Source of the DNA: Amphiscolops sp. MND2022
Taxonomy: Eukaryota
Direction: 5' to 3'
Assembly: GCA_964187785.1 (NCBI GenBank)
Contig: OZ076415.1
Location: 30,380,001 to 30,444,000 of the forward strand
DNA length: 64,000 nucleotides
Below, one piece after another: positions 27,012 to 39,446 of the stretch; position 1 is the first letter of the stretch, and the number at the start of each line of letters is the position of its first letter. The translations under genes were made by a program, and so were the position numbers. Below the pieces are notes generated by a model. That model searched no databases and had not been told where the DNA came from. It saw only the letters and a program-made list of their open reading frames with translations.

Positions 27012-27819
27012 TACACTAGAATACCAAAAGGCTAGAGACACTCGAATTCGTTCGCGAAAAATTCAAAGTTCAGTAAGTTTTTATAAATTCTTTCGGCAAA
27101 GAAGTCTCAGATGCAAAAATTTTACGAACTTTGATCGAAATTACAAGGGCATTTTCTATTTTGAATTCTGATCAAAAATACCTCTGATATTGTATTTCAA
27201 AGATTGGGGGATATTTTTGAACATTTTAACGCAATATCAATTGAGACTTTTTTGTCAAATGCATATCTGAAAAAAAATGTGTTTTCACCTGCAATTTTTC
27301 CTGTTTTGGCAACCTTTTCTGCAATTTGCTGTATTGGTACATACTGTATTTTAAAAAACTTAGCTTAAGTTCTCAAAAGATGCAGACGAAAACAGATGGG
27401 GGCTTATACGGAGGGGGGCTTATATACCGGAATATACGGTACACTAGAATACCAAAAGGCTAGAGACACTCGAATTCGTTCGCGAAAAATTCAAAGTTCA
27501 GTAAGTTTTTATAAATTCTTTCGGCAAAGAAGTCTCAGATGCAAAAATTTTACGAACTTTGATCGAAATTACAAGGGCATTTTCTATTTTGAATTCTGAT
27601 CAAAAATACCTCTGATATTGTATTTCAAAGATTGGGGGATATTTTTGAACATTTTAACGCAATATCAATTGAGACTTTTTTGTCAAATGCATATCTGAAA
27701 AAAAATGTGTTTTCACCTGCAATTTTTCCTGTTTTGGCAACCTTTTCTGCAATTTGCTGTATTGGTACATACTGTATTTTAAAAAACTTAGCTTAAGTTC
27801 TCAAAAGATGCAGACGAAA
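26964..27819. repeat. Apparently identical 428-bp tandem duplication
   Basis: Units start at 26964 and 27392; identical ORFs 26968-27171 and 27396-27599. Confidence 0.95.
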
Positions 27820-29390
27820 ACTCAAAATCAAAATAAAATAAAAACAAACAGTGAAAAAGAAAACTGCAGAAGCAAACAATTGAGTTCACTGGTAAAATCC
27901 CAAAAAAAATATGATGAGGTTATCATTTTACCGGAGACATGGTACAAGTTTTGTGGATTTGATAAATCAAGAGCTGCGAAATGCTCCGGAATCTACAAGT
28001 GAGGTAAGATCCAGAACTGATCGAGCGAATGAAGTCAAACTTCGTTTCTTTTCGAAATTGGCATCTCCGAGATTTCCACTGCGTTAAAAAGCGATCCAGC
28101 TCGAAATTACATAAATTAAAATATTTGCACTGTAGCTTTTTATGCCCTCTGTTTAAGCGTTTTTATACCTTTCGCATTAAGTAAGCACTGAATAAAACTA
28201 ACCCTGAGATTGAACAAAAGGCAGGAAAAAAATTCCCAGCAGGAAAACTTGCACAATTCTGGTTGCCAGTTTCATCATTTTTTTGCAATTCGCTCGACAA
28301 TCTTATTCTCAGCTACTGTTGAGGAAAAGTGATGGAAAAACTGGAATGCCAGAAAAATTGAAAAGTCAGGCCTCCCAAATTCCACCCGACGTACTACTTG
28401 AAAAACTGACAGGGCGTCAGCATGGATTGGTACGCCTCCTGGCAGAAACAAAATCCGACGTTTAGGAAAAAGGAATTTGAAAATCTAGATTTGAATCTAA
28501 AGGAACTTCCCTGACGTACAGACCGAAACTCTTGAGAACAAAATGCTCTAAACGCCACGTCGGAGATGCCACGTTAACAGGAATGAGATAGAGAGAATTC
28601 GATTTCCAGCCGTTCTGCTAAATATTTGTTTAATTCACTTCATCTTGTTTTTCTACAATTTTTTGCAATTTTCCAAAGACAGATTTTGCAGTCACCTCAT
28701 TAAACCTAGGACCGTTTCTAATTAAAAAGACCCTCTCGGTTTCAGAGTTTAAACTTATTCATGCAAAATTGAAGAAGTTCTGATAATCGTGTGAGTGTTT
28801 AAAAACTAAGAAGCTAGAAAATTTCATGTTCGGCTTTAAACTCTCGTTTCAAAAACTTCTTTTATTAACATTAGTAAAGTTTTGAAACTGGCGTTTGTAA
28901 CAGGTTCCGAAGCATTATATGCAGACTTTGTAATTGTGTCAAATTTCCTAGTTTTGTACATTGAAGACGCTTAATTCCGTTTGAAATTTTAAAAATCTTT
29001 CACACCAGAGATTTTGGCAGCTTTTGGAGTTAATTAAGTTGCTACTTCACAGCTTTCGATAAAAATGCTACCATTAACGACTAATCTCCTCTTCCATGCA
29101 TATTCTTAATATATGAAAACAACAAGTGGCGCAGTGGCAATACAATATTTTTCGGTTCCCTGGTAAATTGAACGTATAGGAAAATCGAGGCAAATAATTC
29201 AAAATGATTTCATTTTGACAAAAAATGAAAACAATTTTAGCTCAATGACTGAAAACGGAAAATTTGAAGAGGTTGATCAATATTTGGTGTGTAAAATATT
29301 AGTAACAGCCTTTTCAAACTGAACAGAATGTGTTTTTCGATAGCCCAAATCATTGATATCATATTCTTGCAGAAAACGTTTTATTTCAGC

Positions 29391-31280
29391 TGTCGTGAGT
29401 ACTCTCTAGTTCCTCGTTTCTATTTGGAAACCTGTAGTACTCATCTCTGGAATCGTTCCTAAACCCACGGTCTAAGGCTTCTCCCACGGTCTAAGCTTCT
29501 AGCCGGATTCTCCTATCTCCTTTCAGGCATGTGTCTTTGACCTGATTTCAAAGTAGCCTGTATCTGCGGCAAAATTTGATCACTAATTGCTTCGTTTATG
29601 GCTTTTTGAAGCTGTGATCTCACTGTACTCATGAAGTCACTCAATTCCCTGGTAATTCTTTGGTTTAACTCTCCTGACAACCTATTGAATTCACTACCTG
29701 AATCTGCATCCCTTCAACTATGTCCATTTTGGGCAAAAGTCCTGATTTCTGCTTCGTGAGAATTAGGATGAGAATTACTATTTTGATTCAACAATGTGTC
29801 AAAACTGGGACTTTCAGGCCTTCTGCCATGATTACTAATCTCGCTTTCATCTCTTCCTGAATGATTCCCACCTAACATGACATCAAGATTCTCTATGTCA
29901 GATAGCATATATACTTCTCTTGATTTCCTAGCCTTCTTCTGTTTCCAGTGGTAGGCATGAGAACCCGATTGTAAATATTTGAATTATTTTATTCGGAAAA
30001 CTGGTATTGTTAGAAAGGTTTCAACAGTAAAGCAGTTTGCAAAATTGTGTCCCCCTAAAGTAAGTAATGGCTATATATACTCTCCCGAGGATGACACTTG
30101 CATTTTTTACATATTTGGAGTGTCTATTAAAGACGATAACAAGGTTCAAATCACATGACATCAGATCATAACATTCCTTAGGGGTTCACAAGAATGCAAT
30201 CTTCAAACAAGCATCAAAATAGGGGAGAGCTTTCGGAATTGATACATATTTGGATAGCCACTTCAAACAAAACATCTACTTTGAGAATGTTAACAAATTA
30301 CAAGGTATTTCAAGTATGAATTATTGGCACGTGCTGGCACGTGAAGACTGATAAGGAATATTGACAAGGTGAATTCATGATTACATGTAGAGGCACATAT
30401 AGCATAGTGGCCTAATGTGGACAACTGACCCGGTGTTGTATCATAAACAACAGTCTGGGTTTGCGCAAAGACTGGTACTTTTGATATATCCTGCACGCGA
30501 ACGCTTAATACATTCTAAAGCATCAAACTATCCAGCACAACTTAAACTAGGAACAAATAACAATAAAAGGAAGAAAGCAACATTGTTACATAATTGGGCC
30601 GGGAAAAGCCATTTGCCTTATTCTAATCGAGCATCAGTAAAATACGATTAAACGGCCTTGGTTTAAAAGTGATATTATAGCTGGGGTACTGGTAGCTAAT
30701 CCGCACTGAGGTACTTATTATCATCAAAACTTTAGAATACTTAATTGCAAGAGTATTTAGCATCTTAACAGCATCTTGTATGAAAATAGCCAAAAATTGC
30801 CATTTGACTCGTGTCCCGGTTGAGGACAGCACAATAGCGTCAATAGGCCTTATTCGGCCATTGATAAAAAGGTATACTATTAGCTCTGCAAATGGTGAAA
30901 TATGATTGGTTTAAATCATGTGCTCAAGTGACGTCGCAGTATTAGCACTCAGCGTCACTTGAAAATGTTTCCTCTACTGCCGTACAGTTGCATGCAACTC
31001 GTCTCAATTTCTGCTTTGATTTATATACACAGCAACTTTAGCAAATTTAACAACACGATTTGGACATTCCAAATCGTATTTTAACAGACTAATAGCCTAA
31101 ATGTTCTATAACATTATGGTACAACAAAAGTATATTAGAAGGATAACCAAAATACGTGTGAGTTTATCTTAAAGTTTGTCTATTTCTAACTTCAATAGGT
31201 TGGTAAAATTCCGGGTATGATGTTCTGTCCTTCAGCAGATGTCGTCATAGTCGTACTGTCACAGGCTGCAGCCTGCGACA
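29391..31280 (-). mobile_element. Solo LTR (1890 bp) of a family related to the 45.6-61.0 kb element
   Basis: TGTCG..CGACA termini; 5-bp TSD TCAGC (29386-29390, 31281-31285). Contains degenerate MPTT..KARKSREV.MLSDIENLDVMLG and ELNQRITRELSDFM..AISDQILPQIQ, homologous to the LTR-encoded gag N-terminus; shares GTAGAGGAAAC and CCAAT motifs. Confidence 0.85.
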
Positions 31281-33387
31281 TCAGCCATTTGTTTGACATC
31301 CGAACGTAGAAAATTTTTCCCAGACATAAGAGTGTTGAAATCAGCGTGTCATTACAATGATGCAATGACTCACAGTGAGCGAACATAAAATGAACTTTCA
31401 CCATTACGGCCTGAAGCTCGAGCAACATGCTCTACGATATTTTTTGTGTCTTTCGGTATAACTGAAAAATCAAATTGTTTTTTCTGTAAACTTTCTCATA
31501 CAACAGGAACCAAAACTTGACAGCTAGTGGAAACTATTTTAGTTTTCAACCAAGTTTTTTCAACGCGAACATGCAGCCATGAAACCTTTCTTTGGAGTTC
31601 TTGATACCTTAGGTCTAGTATGAAGGAACAACTTTCAAGATAAGATATTTGATGGGATGTTTTGAAATCTTGAGCTCAATTGCTCTACAATTGATGATTG
31701 CCAGAAAAGTGTTTATTTGTGGAATTTGCTTCGTCAACAAAATTGATCAATAACTTCCATAGGGAAGTTCAAAAAATAGCTCCGCATAAACTAAGCGTTT
31801 CGTTTCTCCAACCAAATTGTTTTGACTTTTGCACGACAATGTCACCGCAGCCTTTGATCGCGTTTTACTAAGGAGGAGGCCGATGTTCGAAAGAAAGCGA
31901 TCCGATATGGCCCAGCACGCAAGATCCGAACTTTCGAAGAGTTTTACGAGCACGAAAGGCAACCTTTGGGTATTTTGACACTTTTTGTGAGCATTTTTAA
32001 AAACTAAGTTTAGAGCCGACTTGAGGCGTTCCTTGTTGGACATTGTTGGTCATTGTTGTTATTGTAATATCGTGACAAAATTGTTAAAACCTTCCAAAAA
32101 CCCTCTAGAATCGGCCGCGCGCCGAATTTTCAAAAAGATTGCCTATAATCTACAGGATCAAATGACAAAAATTAAGAAATAATACAATTAGATAGAATAT
32201 TCAGATCCCGAAAACAAGTTGAAATGGGTGTTTCCAATACTCGTTGGCTCCGATTCGACGTAAGAATGTTGGCAATTTGTTGGTTAGGAGAAACACTTGA
32301 AGTGCACATGAGTCAAAATTAAGAACTGAAAATTGCAGCTCAAATCTTCGAACTTCATGTGGATAACTCAATTAAAAAGACAAATTTTTCCAATAAGTCT
32401 ACTACTTGAGAAACATTTTCTTAAATATCAAGTTTCCAGCTATTCTATAGGCGTCTTTCTTTTAATTTTAACGACATTTCACTTTCATGGAACCCACCCA
32501 CGGCATATATACAAAAAACGCATTTTAACCGCATGCTCCACAGCAACAGTTGTCTATAAGTTGAGCCACGCGTGTTGTTTCAAATTGGGATGTGCGGTGA
32601 TCTGAATCGACGGGGAGGGGTTTAAGAGTACCCGAAACTGAACGCACAACCTTATTCCTGACTTCTCAAATCAATCTGGCTGTGCTAGAATTAAACGTGC
32701 TCTTGTAGAATAAAACTGGCTAATCTAGAACAAAACCTGTTATCCTAGAGTGAATTTTGTTATTCTTGAATGAATTAGGTAATCGATAATCGTTGATTTA
32801 AGTAACGATGAACGCAAGAAATTTAAAAAATGGCCACTCTTTGATTTGCGAGAAATCTTATAATGGTTATAGCCTTCTTAAGTTTGTGCAAAATTTCCGG
32901 AAAGTTATCAATGATTTCGTCAAAACCCATGGGTAGCCATCCGTATAGGGATCCTGTTCTGCTCATGCTTGTCTCGTTTTAAAAAACTAGGCAAATATCA
33001 AATTAAAATTTGAAAAAAAAGGAAAACAATGTATTGAACTATGAGAATGCGGCGCGAGAATATATTATGAATAACCAAAATTTATCCTGGCTGTAAAACG
33101 AAATGAATGATACAAAAACAATAAAACATGCAAACTTATTCATCTGTAGTGAATGGTTCTGGAGGGATATTCCATAAACTTTAAAGCATGATTCACCAAT
33201 TTTGGGCATTTCAATGCCAGTAGTCTTACTATATATTCATCAAAATCAATCTAGAAAAAAGTTAATTTACAAAAAGAGTTCTTGAAAACGTTGCTATTTA
33301 ACGGTTTCTCCGTATGCTAGTATTCTAGAAACTTTAAAATATTAGAGAAGTGTTTTCAACTGTTTCGCCCATGAAAACTGTGTTGAG

Positions 33388-34250
33388 TCAAATGTTCAAG
33401 TTGCATACTGAGGTTTCAAGCCTGGTACTCTCCACATCGTTCAGTCCAAGCGAATCAACTACCACCACATTTTTTCCATGTAAAGTGGGTTCGTGAGGAA
33501 GCCATAAAAGGTCGTCATCGGCTATTGGGACTCCTTTCATATTGTTCCAAACACTTGTATTACTTGTATTTGTAACAGAGACCGACATGCCCAAATAGAA
33601 ATTGGTATGACCCATTTTGTCGGGCAGAAACTGTAGCTGAGACGCCGTTCCATTGACTGCATCGAATAACTCCCCACCTAAAGTTTCACAATTAGATTGG
33701 GCAGCATTGAACGAATAATGATCACGCACGATTCATATCCACTCTACGCAGAACTTTTTCACTTTCCCCAATGCAGTTGTTTTTCCCACCATGCGCACTT
33801 CGGAAACATTCGCGAACATGCACTTTCTTCCATTCGTCAGCATTGTCGATCAAAATTTCGTCTCTGGCATTGATCCAAAAACCGCCATTTCGTGTTTGGT
33901 TTATCTGGCAATTGCTGTAGAATGAGTCATCCTGGATGTCCTTCAAGTCTCCTCTCTCGTGACAAGTAGGTTGATGGTGGCTTTTCAACCCAACGTAATC
34001 ACAAATCAGGTCATTTTGAAGCAACGCGTTCATCGAGAAAATGTCTGCTCCATTCAGTTCACACTTGTCACCGCAACAAGTGTTGAACGACTTGCAAGCA
34101 GGCGTGAATAAACAATATTGGGCGCAAATGTTCCTAGAAACACCGTTGCAAGTCTTCCAGTGACTGCTGCCATCAAGTCGGTTACCTTTTTTAACATCTT
34201 CATATTGTATAACTCTCTCAGATATTGGAGTGCTACCGCTGCTACGTTGT
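33388..34250 (-). pseudogene. Pseudogene paralog of the PAN/C-type lectin gene
   Basis: VIQYEDVKKGNRL..CAQYCLFTPACKSFNTC..HGGKNNCIG, then frameshift and stop near 33730-33760, then SFNAAQSNCETLGG..WLPHEPT..LNDV..SVC; 5' end disrupted. Confidence 0.85.
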
Positions 34251-34289
34251 CAGCAAACAAGGAAAGAGTGTTACATGTTATCTATACTA

Positions 34290-34498
34290 CAATTCAAACA
34301 ATATAGAATAGAATAAAAATAGGAAAATTCCTGAATAAAATAAGGCAATATTATTAACAGGGGGAAAATGTTTGTAGTTTATAGGACCACCAGTCCATTT
34401 GACATAGAGCGGCAAATCTTCTGGGGGAAGTGGCAGGCTACCGCAATCGTCGGAAGCTACTTGATATCGGTTTCGATCGCAGGCGGCAGTCTGCGACA
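34290..34498 (-). mobile_element. Truncated LTR 5'-end fragment of a third related family
   Basis: Minus strand begins TGTCGCAGACTGCCGCCTGCGAT, homologous to TGTCCCAGGCGTCCGCCTGTGAT; no TSD found. Confidence 0.5.
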
Positions 34499-34692
34499 AG
34501 TAGAAAAATTTTTGCAAGCCTAAAAGCATCCGGTGATCTTTGTTATCAAGTCTCTCTGCTATAAAGTTATGGTTTCGAAGTAATACAGTGTAAAATGATA
34601 AATAGAAAGGAAGTTTGAATAGATAGAACAAGGCTCCTATACAGGATCCCAAGAACTTGAAAAACCCAAGTATTGCATCACAAGCTTTTTAG

Positions 34693-35445
34693 GTGAACGT
34701 GGCCGGTTTCGCTCATTTCTGGGGTGTCACAGTGAACACAGTATCGACTATCCTACTGATTCTGGCTGTTGGACTAGCTGTGGACTTTGCAGCACATATT
34801 AATCACATATTTATGGTTCAATCAGGGACCAGAGAAGGTGTGTGTGGTTATCCTGTGGCATGAAAAATACTACACTGGTTTTCAAAGGTTCTTGGGAGAT
34901 TTGTTTTTAAAACGTTTTTGTGCATTAGTTATCGAGAGATGCCCGCTGTTTAACTCTTGCAATTACATCAAAACAAAAATTACATTCAAATTTTTGCGAG
35001 AAAATATTTTTTGTCAAATAATAAGAGAACCGACTACGTTAAAATATAAGAAATACATTTGTTGAAAGTTACTCAAAAAGTAATTCATTTGCCAATGAAA
35101 GATATTTTTTCAAATTCATGCAAGATACATTTCTATGTACAAAGGATCAAAAGCAGGTCCAGTTCTTGCTCTTTGCAATCTAGAAGAATTTCAACGCATG
35201 ACGATGTTAGAGCCATCGAAACGATCCCTTTTTCTTCTGTAAAATTTTCCATTGAACTTTTTTTGAGAAGAAAAAACGGTTTTGTCCATCAAACTAAGTG
35301 ATATTCACTGCTTCAGAACGCGTGAGGAAATTTTTGAAGAAAACGAGCACTGCAGTGTTTAATGGTGCTCAGCACTTTCAGCACTTTCTTGGCTGTTCTG
35401 CCTCTCTCGCTATCAGCTTCTTTCATATTTTTAACATTTTTCAAG
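34693..35445 (+). pseudogene. Partial Patched-domain paralog (two exons, frameshifted)
   Basis: Exon 34693-34837 VNVAGFAHFWGV..GLAVDFAAHI (145 bp, same as 42481-42625); exon 35317-35445 ERVR..AVFNGA.STFLAVLP..FFK carries a 7-bp insertion (129 vs 122 bp). Possible terminal exon at about 38670-38728. Confidence 0.85.
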
Positions 35446-36283
35446 GTAAATTCGCTACTAATTCAATTCATTTCACCAATTCAATGTTTCCGTTAACCTG
35501 GCATTCAACAAGAATTCTATTTTTTTAATATACCGAACAAATTCATTGCGATAGTTTTCGAATATGTATATATTTTGATCGCAAAACAAGCAAAACGTAG
35601 AGCTGGAAAAACTTTTGAAGTGCACTAACACAATACCAACGTCTTTGAATACTCTTAAAAACTAGTTTTTCAACCTAAAAAGATCTTTCAACCAGAGGAT
35701 CTTTTCAATGCTGGGATGCTAGTCGTTTGAGAATTTTGAGCTACGCGCACAAAGTCCGGGTACCTCATCGTGTTTGTAAAAACCGTACCTAGCATTGCCG
35801 AGTGTTTATACTTCGGCGGTCTGATGAAAAAAATCTATTTGAGCTTCGTGAAAGAGATCTTCGGGAAAACAGACAACCTGCGGAATTCTATCATTTAAAC
35901 TAAATAACAAGTCAGGAACGTCTCAAGTTGGTGCTTTGTTTAAGGCTCAAGAAGCACAGCGTTTTGAAAATATGCTTTGTGAAAAACACACAAACAAGTG
36001 TCGAAACATCCGAAGGGTGCTTTTCGTGCTCAGAAAAAGCTTCAAAAGTTCGGATATATCGTGCTGAGCCACGTGGGAGTGCTTGTTTGAATCTTGGCCT
36101 CCTCCTTAGGAAAACGTGATTTACTTCGAATGTAATGTCAAAATTCAGATACAGCGCAAAATGTTATCCGCTTCCTCTTCCTTTTCATATACATTTATGT
36201 CCCAAAAAGACTGCCACTGAGATACACATTTCATATTTGAATGATGTGTTCATTAAACACCCCAAAGACTCCAAAAGTAGGAT

Positions 36284-36790
36284 AAACAAGACGGGAACGT
36301 CTAAAGTCGGCGCTATATCTAAGGCTCAAAAGGAGCAAAGTTTTTAAAATTGTAAAAGGGGGCCCTTTAGACTTTTTCAAATCCAGTTTGTTGCAAAATA
36401 TCGAAAAAGTTGAAGGTGGGACAATTTGAAACATAATGACCTTTTGAGACATTAAAAAAATACATTTTTTTGAAACAATTTTCGAAAAAACGAAAAATGA
36501 GAATTTTGTAGCAGTCTCAGAGTGCCAAAAAACTAGAAAGGAGAGACCCTTTGGGCTTTTTGAAACTTCGGTTTGCTTTAAAATATCAAAACACTTCAAG
36601 GGGGGACCCTTGGCGACAAAAAAATTTCAAAAAAAGTCGACAGTGCGGAAAAAAATTCAACGGGGGACCCTGCCGTCCCGTCCGGTTTGGTATCTTACGT
36701 TAAAAATTGAGTACACGAAAGGGGGATCCTTTCCATCAATCAACTTAGATGCGTTTCCGTTTGCCGGTCCAGTAGTTCAGTAGTTCGGTA
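36284..36790 (+). repeat. Interspersed repeat, DINE-1/Helentron-like family
   Basis: Starts aaacaagacgggaacgtctaaagtcggcgctatatctaaggctc. Confidence 0.7.
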
Positions 36791-37324
36791 GAAAAGGTGT
36801 CCATTACGCATACAATCTGTGTTCTGACGAAACAAAATGAAAAAATCTTGCCATTGTAGTAGTCGGGCTCATTTTATGATGTGCCGCAAATTTGTAAATC
36901 TCTTCAATTTTGTCCAAAACCAGTTTGTTAAGAATGTAGAATTTGAAGATTGTAAAAATCTTCCCGAAAGCAGCAAAAACGATATGAGGCGTGCACGGAA
37001 AAGGCTCATAGTTTGACGTCCGTCATAAATGGGGTTTACACCAAGGCAATCCTGGCAGATGAAGGACACAGAAGAAACCCACACTGAAAATAGTTTGATA
37101 GATCTGGAGTGTATATGAATAGAGCACGTCAAAAGCTCATTTGAAATTAGAACAACGTTGGACAAATGAGACAAGAGAAAACCATCACTGTTTCTCCTTC
37201 TACCTCATCGAGGCAGAGAGGTGTTTTCGCAAGAAGACCTTCCTCGCTGACATCGTCACGTAAAGCTTTATTGTTGTATAAGGGGTCTTCTCCCTGCACA
37301 AACGTAGAATGAAGGCAAACAAAA

Positions 37325-37327
<3 letters not shown>

Positions 37328-37356
<29 letters not shown>
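37328..37356. repeat. (AAT)n microsatellite
   Basis: About 10 units. Confidence 0.95.
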
Positions 37357-37499
37357 TAGCAAACAAATGCAATCTGTGGCTTATTTTTTTACAAAATACT
37401 AGCATTAGACATTAGGACTATGATTGAACGACCTACCACGTAAGTGAATTCAAAATCTCATTGGGTAGAAATGAGAAATGAGAAATTGCATAGAAATGC

Positions 37500-37916
37500 A
37501 GCAACAACTTTAGCTGTTTATTTTTAGTCGGCGCTTTATCCTTTTAAGGAAAAATGCCCGACTATAGCAGTGACGCAAAAGCTTGCGAAGTAGTATTTTT
37601 ACATCATCTAAAGAAACTCAACGGGACCAAAGGGTACGCCCTCCTTACAGTCTTTTCGGCTCTGTGAGACTTTATTTTCGAAAAAATTTTTAATGTCTCA
37701 AAAGGGTCCCTCCTTCGAGTTTTCTCAAATTTTTCAACTGAATGTGTGTTAATCAATCCCAAAGGGTCCCCCCTTCTACATTTTTCGGTACTATGCGACT
37801 TTTTTTGAAAGAATTTTTTTTCAAAAATTACAAGTTTTAAGTTTTTTTTCCAAAAAAATGTTTTGCGCTTTTTGAGCCTTAGATATGGCGCCGACTTTAG
37901 ACGTTCTCGTCTTGTT
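37500..37916 (-). repeat. Interspersed repeat, same family, inverted copy
   Basis: Ends gagccttagatatggcgccgactttagacgttctcgtcttgtt. Confidence 0.7.
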
Positions 37917-39446
37917 ATTCATCACACCGTTGCTCTGATTCCGTACTACGGTCGTATCACAGAAGGTATTGTAGTTGAATGGTGCTCAAATATGGGAACC
38001 AGTTGGAAATCATCGAAGTTTTATATTGTCATCGAAAATAGGAAGTTGCCCCCAAAAAGAAAACCTACACTTTTTCTCGACTCGTTATGTTGGCTCTGTT
38101 TTTTGGGGTTGCAGTTACTCCAAAATGCTTCTTTTCCAGCAATTAGCTTTCTTCATAAGAAGGAGCTGCATTAGCCTCGACAGTACACCGAGAAATCGAA
38201 AAATTGACAAATTTTCGGCTAAATTTTTTTCAAAGCTTCATTTCTCCACAAATAATGGCCGCACCTCCAATCGGTTTTCTGTTTTTGAAAACCCTTTACC
38301 TAAGCTTTCAAATGCGCACTAGTTAGGTCGCGAGTTGGTGCCACTTGTTGGGATGAGAGCGCCACCCGGCGGCGCGGGTCCCGCTCTGCCGGGCCTTTCA
38401 AATATCAGTTGAACTCATAACTGAAGCTTCATTGAAAAAAACTTCTATATGCGTTTTCAATGGTGGCAAACTGTTTACTTGCAAAAAAAATCAGTCACAT
38501 ATTAAGTTTCGAAATAGCGTCGTATTCATCGTGCTATTTGATTAACGGTGATTACATAAGGTACTTACTTGAGAAACTTACGCGTGAACACAATGTCAGC
38601 AAAAATTTTGTTGAAATAGCAGCATTTTCAGTTGAAAAAGAAAATTAATTATATTGAATTTACGTTTCAGGATGAAGCCAAGAAAAGGAATGCCGTTGAA
38701 CCAATAGCAAAATCAGATGCATCAACATTGAAACCTGTTAAGAAATGATTGTGAACATTTTTTGCATGACTTCCTGAAAGGAATTGCATGGGTACGTAAC
38801 ATTAAACCAATGCAATTTCGACTGCTGTCGTTTCACCTTTGCACTGTTTCAACCTAGCGCAGTTTCGTCATAAACTAACTTTGGCAAAACAGTCCTAATC
38901 CCATTGAGTTCTCATTTCGTTACAAATCTAAGTAGTGAACCAAACAAGCTAAATTAATAGTAATTATTCACAACAATGCAGAAGCTTGTCAAAACCGGTA
39001 TAAAAAATAGCACTTTTGAATGTAGAAGTGTATGAAATTGAAAACCATTTACAATAATTGTATAACTAATAAGAATCTATTAGTCAAATTTAGCGTAGGT
39101 CAAAATTACAGACAGTTGAAAGAGAAACTGTGAGCGGTTGAAATGACAACGCTTGAAATTGCATAGGTAGAAGATACATAGGGTGAAATTTCCTGACACC
39201 AAATTGCAGTGCCCGCCATGTCATTTTCCATAAATTTCTCGCCTATTGTTCTCTTACTTATCTGGCGTAGATGATAATAGTAAATCCCTATAAATTGGAA
39301 ACAAAGGGAGATTGTCTAGAATGTAATTGAAAAAAGTTCAATTTTTTTCTGAAAGAAATGAAGTTTTGATTTGCAAATTGTTCTTGGACATTGTTTTTGT
39401 TAGATTCAATCAAAAAATTAGTTTTCGAAAAAGTTATTGGGTGCCA

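Noticed and set aside
31440-32043. Degenerate coding segment (98-aa ORF and continuation)
   Set aside because: It looks protein-like, but no family could be recognised and the frames are broken.
36870-37300. Decayed C2H2 zinc-finger gene on the minus strand
   Set aside because: Only fragmentary CxxC patterns with stops and frameshifts; not supportable.
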